A stretch of 59,814 nt of DNA, from the IMG/VR virus record IMGVR_UViG_3300032304_000176, positions 1-59,814 of that record. The stretch is one strand, 5' to 3'. The first letter of the stretch is position 1. Every line of letters begins with the position of its first letter. The notes beneath the pieces are model-generated. The model was given only the letters and a program-made list of their open reading frames with translations, did no database searches and was not told the origin of the DNA. Position numbers and translations under genes: made by a program. Of the stretch, positions 8,842 through 18,470 are shown piece by piece. This DNA is from a virus (lineage: Duplodnaviria > Caudoviricetes).

Positions 8842-10593
8842 ATGATAGACGACATCAATGAAATTAGAGCACTTGCTACTAAGTACAGCGTACAGCAGCT
8901 TAGAAATTTAGCTGATTTAAAACTTCTTGACCCTATTAAAGCGGTCATGGCTGGCAATATGATTAATCATATTCAAAAGCAAAACGCAAAACCGCCGTCT
9001 ACTTCCGTTGCACAAGATTTGTTAGGTATACAGCAGCAAATGCCTATGCAAGGCCAGCAACAGCCGCAAATGCCTCCGCAGGAAATGCCACAACAAGCTC
9101 CACCGCAAATGGCGCAAGCCCCTGCGGGTATAGAAGGTCTCCCTGCCGGTGATGTAGGTAACTACGCTGGTGGTGGCATTGTTGCATTTGATGATGGTGG
9201 GCGCGTGCCGGGATATGCTGGGGCCGACGGTAGTGTGACTACTTCATCCCCTGTTGGGCGTGGTTTATCTAGATTTTTTGGTGGTAGAACTTATAGCCCA
9301 GACGTAACACAACAATTAAAAGCGCTTGATGAACAGTACCAAGCTTTAGCAGCTAGGGATCGTCAACTTAACGGTATGTTTGGGTTTCAACAACAAACTC
9401 CTGCGCAACAAGCAGAAGCCGCTAAAGTTAAACAGCAAATGCAAGAGGTTTTTCAACAATCACAGTCACTTAAAAATACCCGGGCTGATCCTGCGGCGGC
9501 TCCAGCAGTAGACCAATCAGCCGCAGAAACTGCGCGGCTACAAAGACAAGATACTATATTAAACCCAATTGGTGGAGATAACATCCCACCAGCACCCCTT
9601 CCGCCTCCAAGGCGAGATGCTCCACCCCCTACGCTTACTAGTGGCAAACCAATAACACCACCCACACTTGGTGAGTTTGCACCCATAAAAATTGCTGGTG
9701 CTGATCGTCCACCTGCGGCAACAGTGAGTGATCTTAGAACTATTAAAAAAACGCGGGAAGAGCAAGAAGAAGCGGAGGGCTTTAATAAGAATTTAACAGC
9801 GGAGCAGATTAAGCGAATAGAAGACAAACAAAAAAAGTTAGAAGACTTTGAAAGCCGTGCTGGTGGTGAAGCTTTGTTTAATTTTGGTCTTGGGTTACTT
9901 GGCGCTAAAGAAGGAGAAGAAGCCCAAAGAGCGGGAGAATCAGGAAAAGCTTCTCTTGAAAAATACACAGCAGCGCGTAAAGATTTACGTTTAGAAAAAG
10001 AAAAACTTGACGAACGCGCTGAAGCTTTGCGTCTTGCCGAAAACCAAGCTAGGAAAACTAATAGCGCCGCTGACATTGCTGAGCTTAAGAGACAGCAAGA
10101 TAAATTTGACGCACAAAAAATGGAGTTCTATAAATCTGAAAATGATTTATTAAAAACTGGGGCACAAGTAGGTGCACAAGTGCGGAACACGGATGTCCAA
10201 GCAGCAACAAGTATGTACACCGCACAGCTTTCTGCGCAGACTCAAAGAGATGTTGCTAGACTAAGTGCGGAAACTCAACGGTGGGTAGCTAGTCGTCCAC
10301 CAGCAGAAATATTAGCTATTGAAGAAGTTGCTAGACGTACTGGCAAACCATTTGAACAAGCTATGAAAGATTTTTATGGGGCACGTGCCGGTGCGCGTAA
10401 TATGTACACCCGTGAAGAAGCTATGAGAGACGCTCGTAAGAATTTGGAAGCCCAAGCTATCGTAAACCCAACAGAAGCGCAGATGCAAGCTGAAATAAAC
10501 AAACTCATGCGTATTCACGGTGGCGATAGTGGTGGCGGTGGGACTCTTCAGCAAGGGGCTAACGGTAGTTTTAATTACGTACCTAGACAGTAA
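8842..10593 (+). CDS. internal virion / ejection protein
   Basis: 583 aa with Q/P-rich and coiled-coil regions and YAGGG/FDDGG motifs. Confidence 0.6.
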   Translation: MIDDINEIRALATKYSVQQLRNLADLKLLDPIKAVMAGNMINHIQKQNAKPPSTSVAQDLLGIQQQMPMQGQQQPQMPPQEMPQQAPPQMAQAPAGIEGLPAGDVGNYAGGGIVAFDDGGRVPGYAGADGSVTTSSPVGRGLSRFFGGRTYSPDVTQQLKALDEQYQALAARDRQLNGMFGFQQQTPAQQAEAAKVKQQMQEVFQQSQSLKNTRADPAAAPAVDQSAAETARLQRQDTILNPIGGDNIPPAPLPPPRRDAPPPTLTSGKPITPPTLGEFAPIKIAGADRPPAATVSDLRTIKKTREEQEEAEGFNKNLTAEQIKRIEDKQKKLEDFESRAGGEALFNFGLGLLGAKEGEEAQRAGESGKASLEKYTAARKDLRLEKEKLDERAEALRLAENQARKTNSAADIAELKRQQDKFDAQKMEFYKSENDLLKTGAQVGAQVRNTDVQAATSMYTAQLSAQTQRDVARLSAETQRWVASRPPAEILAIEEVARRTGKPFEQAMKDFYGARAGARNMYTREEAMRDARKNLEAQAIVNPTEAQMQAEINKLMRIHGGDSGGGGTLQQGANGSFNYVPRQ

Positions 10594-10601
10594 GGATAAG
10601 C

Positions 10602-13600
10602 ATGCCTAGCGTAAATGTGCCCGGCGTTGGGGTTGTTAATTTTCCTGACACTATGTCACAGCAAGATATTATTGCTGCAATTGAAAGGGACATCCTTCCG
10701 CAAGTCCAAGAAAAGCCAAAGCCTAAAACCGGGTTCTTTGCCAACATAGGCGCGGGTATTGAAAGCGCAAAAGGCGATATTGGTTCTATTGGCGCAGCTT
10801 TAGGGGTTTCCGGCGCAGAAGAATACTCTAGGAAGCAACAGCAACTTGCTAGTGAAAAAGCCACGATCCCAGAGTTCTCCGATATAGCTGGTGTTAAAGA
10901 CGCTTACAATTATGCTGCTGGGTTAGCTGGTAGATCATTGCCGTACATGGTAGCGCCTATAGCTGCGGCAGTTTCGGCTCCTGCTGGTATTGCTGCCGCC
11001 GCCGCTGGTACCGCTGCTGGAGCTATTCAATTTTTTGGCACTGACTTAACTCGTCAATTACAAGAAGGTAAAACCGCCGAAACTTTAGATATTGCTAGTG
11101 CCGCCGCAGCAGCACCGTTTCAAGCTGCGTTAGATACAGTTGGTTTCCGTTACATACCCGGACTACGCAAAATATTTGGTCAAGCTGGCGTTAAGATGAG
11201 CGACGATGCTCTTCGTGACGTTATGAAAACTCGCATGACCGAAAACCTTGCGGGTAAGGTAGTCAACTATGGCACTAAGGCAGTTCAAACAGCCGGTGTA
11301 GAAGGTTTTACTGAAGCCGGACAACAAGTCTTAGAACGTGCGCAAGCTGGACTTAGCATCACTGACCCAGAGGCACGGAAAGAATACTTTGATAGTTTTA
11401 TTGGTGGCGCTGTTCTTGGTGGTGGCCTTTCTGTGCCCGGTACTGCAATAGAACGTTCAAGCCAACAAGGCCAGTATGAACAGTTACTGCGCAAAGATGC
11501 TGCCGCTGCGGCTGCTGCAAAACAACCTGTTACAGAAACAACAGAAGAAGCGACAGGGTTTAAACCTCTTTCTGCACTCCCAGACACTTACGGGGAAGCT
11601 GTGCAGGAGGTGGAGCGCCTAAAGCAAGAGACGCAAACTGCGGAAATAAAAGCTCGCATTGCTGAGCTAGAAGCTTATAAGCAACGCCTACTGACCGAAG
11701 ATATTGAAGGGTTACGCCGCGACCCTTATGCAAGACCTAAGTCGCTTGAAGACCAGATTAAAAACCAATCGGCGGTGCAGGGCGAGTTCCGTGAAACAAC
11801 TGCTAATTTAAAAGATTACTTTACCCCAGAGCCACAAAAAGATATTCCAGTTGTATATCCCGATGGTAAAAAAGGCGTAATTACGCCAGAACAACAACGC
11901 GCAAGCCGTGAAGGCCAAGCAGAAGAAGTTCCAAAAGAAGCGCCTACGGTGTTGGATGCCACTACGCTTGATGCAACAGGGCTACCTAAACAATCCGGTA
12001 TATACAAACAACTTCTAGGTAAAGACTTAACTGACCTTGAGGGTCTTGATGCAGTAATGCAGATTGTTGAACGCGCCAAGACTAACAACAGCTTGAGCAC
12101 CGCAACTAAACAGGCGTTGGACTCTCTTGCTACAAATGCGTTTAATATATACGGCAAGCAAGCTGAGATGTTTGGCCCACGTGGTGGAGTGCTTGAGCCT
12201 ATAAAGCCTGAAAAAGTAACTGCGGTTCAGCAAAAGATTGATGAGGTTATTAAAGGTAAAGACCTTACTGATCCTGCACAAGTTGAAGAGATTCGTGCGA
12301 TCCTTACCGACTATGCTAACGCGCCAACTCGTAGTGCGGAAGCTATTGCTGAACTTACCAAGTTTTTAGATACCCTTCCGTCTTCAACCCCGGAGGCTAC
12401 TGATGTCCTTAAACCTACAGAATCTATCGGCGCAACAAGTGAGTCTAGCCCTCCAGTGGTTGACGAACGTGGAGAAGCAGCCCCCCAAGGAATTACAGCA
12501 TCTGACACTAACGGATTGGACAGTACTGGAGCGGCTGTTGAACAACCTAATGTTGGAGAAGCAGCACAGCCAACTGCATTAACGGAAGCTCCTATTGCGC
12601 CAACTACACCGGCTAGGACAATCCCACCAATCGCGCCACCACCCGTACCAAATGCGCCAATTGCGCCAAATGCACCAGCTCGAACAATTGAACCAACCAC
12701 ACCTACTGGTACACCAAATGCACCTACTGCGCCAAATGTACCAGCTCGAACAATTGAACCCACTACACCCACCGGTACGCCAAATGCGCCTACTGCGCCA
12801 AACGTACCACCAGCTACACAAAATGCTGGCGTACCTGCACTAGTAGAACCGCCTCCTCAAGGCAGGGTAAGTCGTAATGACGCTATAACTCAATTAATGG
12901 CTAGTGGCCTTAAGCGTTCGGATGCTACAAAATTTGTAAACGACGTGGCGGATACTTACGATGGCACTGTTGCGCTTGAAGATTTAAGTAATGTTATTGA
13001 AGGTGATGTACGGGAGGTGCCGGAAGCAGGTGCTGTTGCTAAAGGCCAAACGCAAGGTAAAGGACGCGCTAGGGCGGCTGCTCTTGAAGACTCAAGTAAT
13101 GTTATTGAAGGTCAGGTTCGCGTTATTGATGAAGGCACAATCGCCCCTGCTGTTTTACAACTCTCATCTCCTGAGCAACAGAAACTTGCTGAGCATTACG
13201 GGGAGCCAGTAAACAGTCCAGCGTTCCTTGAAAAACTTCGCAAAGATATTTCCGACTTTGCTACTAAAGGCGCACAAGCAGTTGATAAGGCTATTCGCAA
13301 CATTATCCGCAAGCTTAACGCTGCGGTGCTGGCTGCTGCCGTTATCATGAACCCGAACTATATGAGTGCGCCGGTTCCAGTAGCGATCCCAAAAACGGTT
13401 ACTACGATTGAGCAAGTAAAAGCAACTGTTCCATCAAAGGTATTTGAGTCGTTGTCTCCTGCTGGACGGGAAGCGTTCTCCATTATTTTCCCTTCTATTC
13501 AAGCTGACTTAAAAGCTAAGAACAAACTATTCTTGTTGGTTGATAAGCCAAACGCCCGTCTGGCGGTGTTTACTCCAGATGGCGAACCAATATTGGATAA

Positions 13601-16600
13601 GAAAGTTTTGCTGGGTCTTCAAGTAAAAGACTTTTATGTAGGCAATACTGAAAACCCAATTAACCGCATTACTCCGGCAGGTGGGTATATCGTTAAGCTG
13701 CGTGATGCGGCGCGAGGGATTACTGAAGAGGGTGGCAACGAAGCAAAAACGGCTGGTGGGTACGATTTTGGTAAAGTATTTGTGCTGGACAAAGCCGCGC
13801 CTGATGGCTCCTATTCCGTTACACTGTTCCATTCCGTATGGACAAAAGAAAAAGATGCCAAACAGCGACTCGCTGCGTTAAAGAAAGAAGGCGCAGAGGA
13901 TTCACGGTATTCGTTTGGTTGCGTCAACGTTGATAAAGACTCGTACAAATACCTGTTGGATGAGTACGGTCAGCAGATGAACGGTGCAACGATGTTTATT
14001 GTACCGGATACCCCCGGCGCTCTGATGGACTTCATCAACGGTAAAGCTGTTACCAAAGGTGATCTAAGAAGAATGGCTATCCAACCAAAAGTTGAGAAAG
14101 TCACCAAGACCGTACCCGGCACTCCTTCTACAACGCCAGAACGTGCCCAACAGGTAGCTGCGCGTAAAGAAGAAGGTTTAACAGAACCAGAACGTCGTAT
14201 AAAAGGGTTGTACAGACAAGGCGAAGCACCTGCTCCGGGCGAAGGCATGAACCAAGCCCAAGTGCAAACCATCGTAGACACTATGTCTAAAAATTGGGAG
14301 AACGCCCCCAAGATTAATGTTGTTCAGGATATTCAAGAACTCCCACAAGCTATTTACCAACAAATGGTAAAAGACGATGCGCTTGATGCGCCGGGTGTAT
14401 ACGATCCTAATACTAAAATTGTGCACTTAATTTCGGACAATATTAAAAACCCGAAAGAGGCTATGCTTACTCTAGCCCACGAAGCATTGGGTCACTATGG
14501 GTTGCAGTCTATTTTAGGACACACCTATAACAAAGTAATGGACGATATCTATGCAGGTAACGCTAAAGTACGTGAACTTGCGGATGTAAAAATTAAAAAA
14601 GGATTAGACCAGCGCACCGCTGTAGAAGAAGTCTTAGCTGAAATGGCTGAGAAAGATGTAAGTAATAGTGCCGTGCAGCGAGTAATAAACGCCATTAGGC
14701 AGTGGCTCCGAAAAATGGGAGTTCCATTTGGTACCGTATCAGACACCGAGATTCGTGCGCTACTAGCTAACGCTAATAGGTTTGTGCATGGCGGTAAATT
14801 CCGTGCCGGTGAAGAAGCCTTTGGCAACAAGCCACTATACAAAGAAGGCGCGTTCCAAAAATGGTTTGGTAATTCGGTTGTGCGTAATGAAAACGGCACA
14901 CCTAAAGTTATGTACCACGGTACGTCACAAGATATTCATGAGTTCCGTCCTAAGCAAGCTGGTGCAATATTTGTAACTGATAACCCTAATTTTGCTCATT
15001 CCTTTGCAGAGATGTCTGAAGGGTACATGATGGCTCACGCCAAGCAAAATATGTCCGAAGCAGAGTTGAATGATATACGGGCACGGGCACAAAAAATTGC
15101 GGATAAAGAAGGTACGTCTTTTGCAGATGAGCTTTTCACGTTGCTTAAAGAGTCGTTGCCATCCAATGCCAATATCATGCCGGTCTATGTTAGTGCGCAG
15201 AACCCGTTTGACTTTTCAAATCCAGAACATTTAGCGGCAATACGTGAACATATAGACGAAGCGGTTAAAGGCAAATTAACTGTTAATAAACGCCCACAAG
15301 AAACTTTATACACAGCGAATCGAATTAGCCAAGGTAGTTGGGACACAATAGAATCCAAAGAAGTTCAAGCTGCTATTAAAGCGGCTGGTTTTGATGGGTT
15401 TTACGTCATGGAAGGCGGTAGGAAAAACCTTGCCGTCTACGAACCTACACAAATTAAATCCATATTCAACAAGGGTACCTACGATCCTGCCGACAAGCGC
15501 ATTTTGTACCGCAGTCGGGAAGAAGAATTAACCCCAGCAGGTGAAGAAGCCGCTGCGCTGAACAACCGCATGAAGGGTGCAGGTAACCCTAATCCAACCG
15601 ACCCTGATACTGTACTGAAGAAGCTATTAGGCGTTGTGCAACCACGTGAAGGTGAGCCGTCGCTTGGCACTAAGTTTAGGCATGCGGTTGTAGACGCTAG
15701 TGCCCCGGCTACTGAAAAAATGCAAGCTAAGTTCAACAATACCCTCGTTGATTCGCTGGGAGAAGTTCGCGGCGATTTAGCACAGATTCAAGCACAAGAC
15801 ACCGCCGCATTTGCCGAAGGTGTAATGGAGCATGGCGGCATCCGTATAGGTAAAGATAATCTTGTTGAAATAGTTGACCGCAACGCAACTATGGGTAAGG
15901 TGTTCGACATCATGACCAAGCTAGGCGACCGTCTAGGCTCGCTTAAGACTGCAATGCAGTTAGGCCACAACGCGTTTATTGCGCAACGTGCTAAAGAGCT
16001 TAACGCACACAACGCTAAGATTGCTCAAGACATTGTCGCAGCAGAAGCTAAAGGCAACAAGAAAGCTGTTGCAAAACTAAGAGACCAACTAATTACCCAT
16101 TATGTAACAGATGAAGAGATAGTTGCCGCTGACGAGGCTATGCAAAAGTTCCCTGAATTAAAGGAAGCTTTCAAAACGTTTACTGAATACAAGAATGGTT
16201 TAATAGACTTCTTGGTGCAGACCGGACGCATCAGCGAAGCCAAAGCTACTGATTGGAAAGAGGCAGCGGGTTACGTGCCTTGGACACGCGTTGAAGAAGT
16301 AGTCAATATATTTGATGAAAGCCCCGCTTCGTTTAAAGGTGGTGTAGGCAACATCTCTAAAGAACGTATCTTAGACCGAGAGGGTAGTCAGAAAGAGATT
16401 GCTAACGTGTTTGACAACATGATTGGTCTGACTAGCTGGGCGGTTAAAACGGGTATGAATACGTATGCTTCGCGCCGTATGGCAGAAAGCTTGCCTGATG
16501 CGTTTGAATTAAAAACAGATGATGCTATTGCCTACGCACAGAAATTTAACAAAGACAGATTAGTTTTTACTTACAAAGACGGCGAGCGTACTGCGTACCT

Positions 16601-18200
16601 ACTGGGCAGTCCGTTAGATAAGAGCGCGTTTGCTTCCAACATTGTCACGCTAGGCCCGATACTAAAAGCGTTTAGCTTTGCCCAAAGCACCTTGCGTAGC
16701 TTTATTACCCACATGCCAGCGTTTGCGCTTAGCCAGTTAATTCAGGACGGTACCTACCGTGCCATGCTGTTGTCAGGCGTTAAGCACCCGTTTAGTCTGC
16801 CAGCTAAGGTAGCTAAGAACTTCATACACGCTATGGCAGGTGAAGGTATTCCGTTAGAGCTTGCTAGGATCGGTGTGTCTGGTGTGTATGACGGCATGCC
16901 ACAACAAGCTGTAGAACGTGCACGTGTTAAGTACGGCCTAGAAGAACGTAATGGGTTTAAGAAAGCTTGGGATAAGCTAGAGAAGTTTTCACTAGCCGCC
17001 GACTTAGCGGTACGTGCTGCTATCTATGAGCAAACTATCAACGAAACTAAATCCGCTGAGATGCCGGAAGGTGATCGTAGGCTGGCTCTGTATCGCGCTA
17101 AGGAATATATTAACTTTAAACGTGCTGGTGATAGCACGGTCATTGGTACGCTACGCCACATGGTGCCGTTCTTAAATGCGTATATACAAGGTATGGACAT
17201 CTTGGTTCGCACCATGCAGGGCAAAGGCATTTCGTTAGAAGACAAGCGCACAGCGCAAAAACTCTTCTTAGCAACTGGTCTCAAATTAGCCGCTATGTCT
17301 ACGCTCTACGCCATGCTGGTAGGGGATGATGACGATTACAAAGGGATGGAAGACTACGAACGCGATAAGAACTACATCATTCCGGGTACTGGGTTAAAGC
17401 TTCCTGTTGCCCCCGAGGTTGGGTTTATGTTCAAGGTTATCCCTGAACGTATCGTGCGCTACGTAGTTAGCCAAGGCACAGAGCGTCCACAGGATGCAAC
17501 GGCGTTCTACAAAGGGTTTAGAGATGCGTTCGTTTCTGCATATAGCGGCACTAACTTAACCCCGCAGTTGGTTAAACCAGCGGTGGAAGTTTTAACTAAC
17601 TACTCGTTCTTTACTGGCAACCCAATTGTTGGCGCAGGTATGAAGAACCTTGACCCTTCGATGCAGTTTACTGAAGGCACGTCTGAGTTAGCCAAGCTGT
17701 TTGGTATGGTAGGCATTTCACCATTAAAGGCTGATTATTTGATTCGTGGCTACACCGGCATGATGGGTGCTTTTGTATTAGACGCAACTGACGCGGTAGC
17801 TAACCCAGACCGTATGGGCAAGCCTGTATCTAAACTGCCGCAGCTAAGCACGTTTATGTATGACACCACAGGACGTGGGTACAAGTCAGAGTTCTATGCT
17901 TTCCGTGAAGCCGTTGATCAGGTAGTAGACACCGTGAACATGTTTAAGCGTGAAGGACGTACGGAAGAATTGCGCAACTACATGACTGAAGAAAACATGA
18001 AGCTGTACGCCATGAAGGGGGTGGTCAACAAAATTGAAACTCAACTATCCATCTTGCGTAGATACAGAAGCATCATTGCTAATGACCCGCAAATGCCAGC
18101 GGATTTGAAGCGTGAGAAAACGGATGAGATTTTAAAGCAGGAAAAAGAACTTCTCTTGGCGCGGAATATACCTAAGCTGCGTAATATGGCTGGGCTATAA
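10602..18200 (+). CDS. large polyvalent (ejected) protein: L,D-transpeptidase-like, zincin metallopeptidase, ADP-ribosyltransferase-like and LPD38-like regions
   Basis: 2532 aa. LVDK..TPAG..FHS..SFGCVNV (YkuD-like); AHEALGHYGL..EEVLAE (HExxxH); MYHGT..IFVTDN..ANIMPVY..GFDG (ART-PolyVal-like); C-terminal YINFKRAG..VPFLNAYIQG. Confidence 0.8.
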   Translation: MPSVNVPGVGVVNFPDTMSQQDIIAAIERDILPQVQEKPKPKTGFFANIGAGIESAKGDIGSIGAALGVSGAEEYSRKQQQLASEKATIPEFSDIAGVKDAYNYAAGLAGRSLPYMVAPIAAAVSAPAGIAAAAAGTAAGAIQFFGTDLTRQLQEGKTAETLDIASAAAAAPFQAALDTVGFRYIPGLRKIFGQAGVKMSDDALRDVMKTRMTENLAGKVVNYGTKAVQTAGVEGFTEAGQQVLERAQAGLSITDPEARKEYFDSFIGGAVLGGGLSVPGTAIERSSQQGQYEQLLRKDAAAAAAAKQPVTETTEEATGFKPLSALPDTYGEAVQEVERLKQETQTAEIKARIAELEAYKQRLLTEDIEGLRRDPYARPKSLEDQIKNQSAVQGEFRETTANLKDYFTPEPQKDIPVVYPDGKKGVITPEQQRASREGQAEEVPKEAPTVLDATTLDATGLPKQSGIYKQLLGKDLTDLEGLDAVMQIVERAKTNNSLSTATKQALDSLATNAFNIYGKQAEMFGPRGGVLEPIKPEKVTAVQQKIDEVIKGKDLTDPAQVEEIRAILTDYANAPTRSAEAIAELTKFLDTLPSSTPEATDVLKPTESIGATSESSPPVVDERGEAAPQGITASDTNGLDSTGAAVEQPNVGEAAQPTALTEAPIAPTTPARTIPPIAPPPVPNAPIAPNAPARTIEPTTPTGTPNAPTAPNVPARTIEPTTPTGTPNAPTAPNVPPATQNAGVPALVEPPPQGRVSRNDAITQLMASGLKRSDATKFVNDVADTYDGTVALEDLSNVIEGDVREVPEAGAVAKGQTQGKGRARAAALEDSSNVIEGQVRVIDEGTIAPAVLQLSSPEQQKLAEHYGEPVNSPAFLEKLRKDISDFATKGAQAVDKAIRNIIRKLNAAVLAAAVIMNPNYMSAPVPVAIPKTVTTIEQVKATVPSKVFESLSPAGREAFSIIFPSIQADLKAKNKLFLLVDKPNARLAVFTPDGEPILDKKVLLGLQVKDFYVGNTENPINRITPAGGYIVKLRDAARGITEEGGNEAKTAGGYDFGKVFVLDKAAPDGSYSVTLFHSVWTKEKDAKQRLAALKKEGAEDSRYSFGCVNVDKDSYKYLLDEYGQQMNGATMFIVPDTPGALMDFINGKAVTKGDLRRMAIQPKVEKVTKTVPGTPSTTPERAQQVAARKEEGLTEPERRIKGLYRQGEAPAPGEGMNQAQVQTIVDTMSKNWENAPKINVVQDIQELPQAIYQQMVKDDALDAPGVYDPNTKIVHLISDNIKNPKEAMLTLAHEALGHYGLQSILGHTYNKVMDDIYAGNAKVRELADVKIKKGLDQRTAVEEVLAEMAEKDVSNSAVQRVINAIRQWLRKMGVPFGTVSDTEIRALLANANRFVHGGKFRAGEEAFGNKPLYKEGAFQKWFGNSVVRNENGTPKVMYHGTSQDIHEFRPKQAGAIFVTDNPNFAHSFAEMSEGYMMAHAKQNMSEAELNDIRARAQKIADKEGTSFADELFTLLKESLPSNANIMPVYVSAQNPFDFSNPEHLAAIREHIDEAVKGKLTVNKRPQETLYTANRISQGSWDTIESKEVQAAIKAAGFDGFYVMEGGRKNLAVYEPTQIKSIFNKGTYDPADKRILYRSREEELTPAGEEAAALNNRMKGAGNPNPTDPDTVLKKLLGVVQPREGEPSLGTKFRHAVVDASAPATEKMQAKFNNTLVDSLGEVRGDLAQIQAQDTAAFAEGVMEHGGIRIGKDNLVEIVDRNATMGKVFDIMTKLGDRLGSLKTAMQLGHNAFIAQRAKELNAHNAKIAQDIVAAEAKGNKKAVAKLRDQLITHYVTDEEIVAADEAMQKFPELKEAFKTFTEYKNGLIDFLVQTGRISEAKATDWKEAAGYVPWTRVEEVVNIFDESPASFKGGVGNISKERILDREGSQKEIANVFDNMIGLTSWAVKTGMNTYASRRMAESLPDAFELKTDDAIAYAQKFNKDRLVFTYKDGERTAYLLGSPLDKSAFASNIVTLGPILKAFSFAQSTLRSFITHMPAFALSQLIQDGTYRAMLLSGVKHPFSLPAKVAKNFIHAMAGEGIPLELARIGVSGVYDGMPQQAVERARVKYGLEERNGFKKAWDKLEKFSLAADLAVRAAIYEQTINETKSAEMPEGDRRLALYRAKEYINFKRAGDSTVIGTLRHMVPFLNAYIQGMDILVRTMQGKGISLEDKRTAQKLFLATGLKLAAMSTLYAMLVGDDDDYKGMEDYERDKNYIIPGTGLKLPVAPEVGFMFKVIPERIVRYVVSQGTERPQDATAFYKGFRDAFVSAYSGTNLTPQLVKPAVEVLTNYSFFTGNPIVGAGMKNLDPSMQFTEGTSELAKLFGMVGISPLKADYLIRGYTGMMGAFVLDATDAVANPDRMGKPVSKLPQLSTFMYDTTGRGYKSEFYAFREAVDQVVDTVNMFKREGRTEELRNYMTEENMKLYAMKGVVNKIETQLSILRRYRSIIANDPQMPADLKREKTDEILKQEKELLLARNIPKLRNMAGL
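12662..12809 (+). repeat. 66-bp in-frame tandem repeat (about 2.2 copies) encoding a Pro/Thr linker
   Basis: Units start at 12662, 12728 and 12794 (partial) and encode APN(A/V)PARTIEPTTPTGTPNAPT. Confidence 0.9.
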
Positions 18201-18223
18201 AAAACCCCCGCACGGGGCGGGGG
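18199..18223 (-). terminator. intrinsic terminator at the convergence of the two arms
   Basis: Minus strand CCCCCGC-CCCGT-GCGGGGG followed by TTTTTT. Confidence 0.8.
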
Positions 18224-18269
18224 AAACCTCAGTACCTTGGAGAAGTGAGGAGAATCGAGTGGGACTATA

Positions 18270-18470
18270 TCATACGATTCTCCAAACGCGCAAGCCATAC
18301 TTTCCTCGCTCTACAACTGCTTTACATACAACGTTCATGCGTAAGCGGGCGGCTTCTTTCCGAATATAGTCTTCTACTTCCCCCCTATCCAAGCACGGAA
18401 TAAAGAAAGAAGTATCCGGCTTAAACTTCTCCCACTCGATGTGGATCGATAGGTTCAAAAGGTGGAGCAT
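18270..18470 (-). CDS. small hypothetical protein
   Basis: W..F.P..SFFIPC...GLRVWRI pattern; last gene of the replication operon. Confidence 0.65.
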   Translation of the reverse strand: MLHLLNLSIHIEWEKFKPDTSFFIPCLDRGEVEDYIRKEAARLRMNVVCKAVVERGKYGLRVWRIV

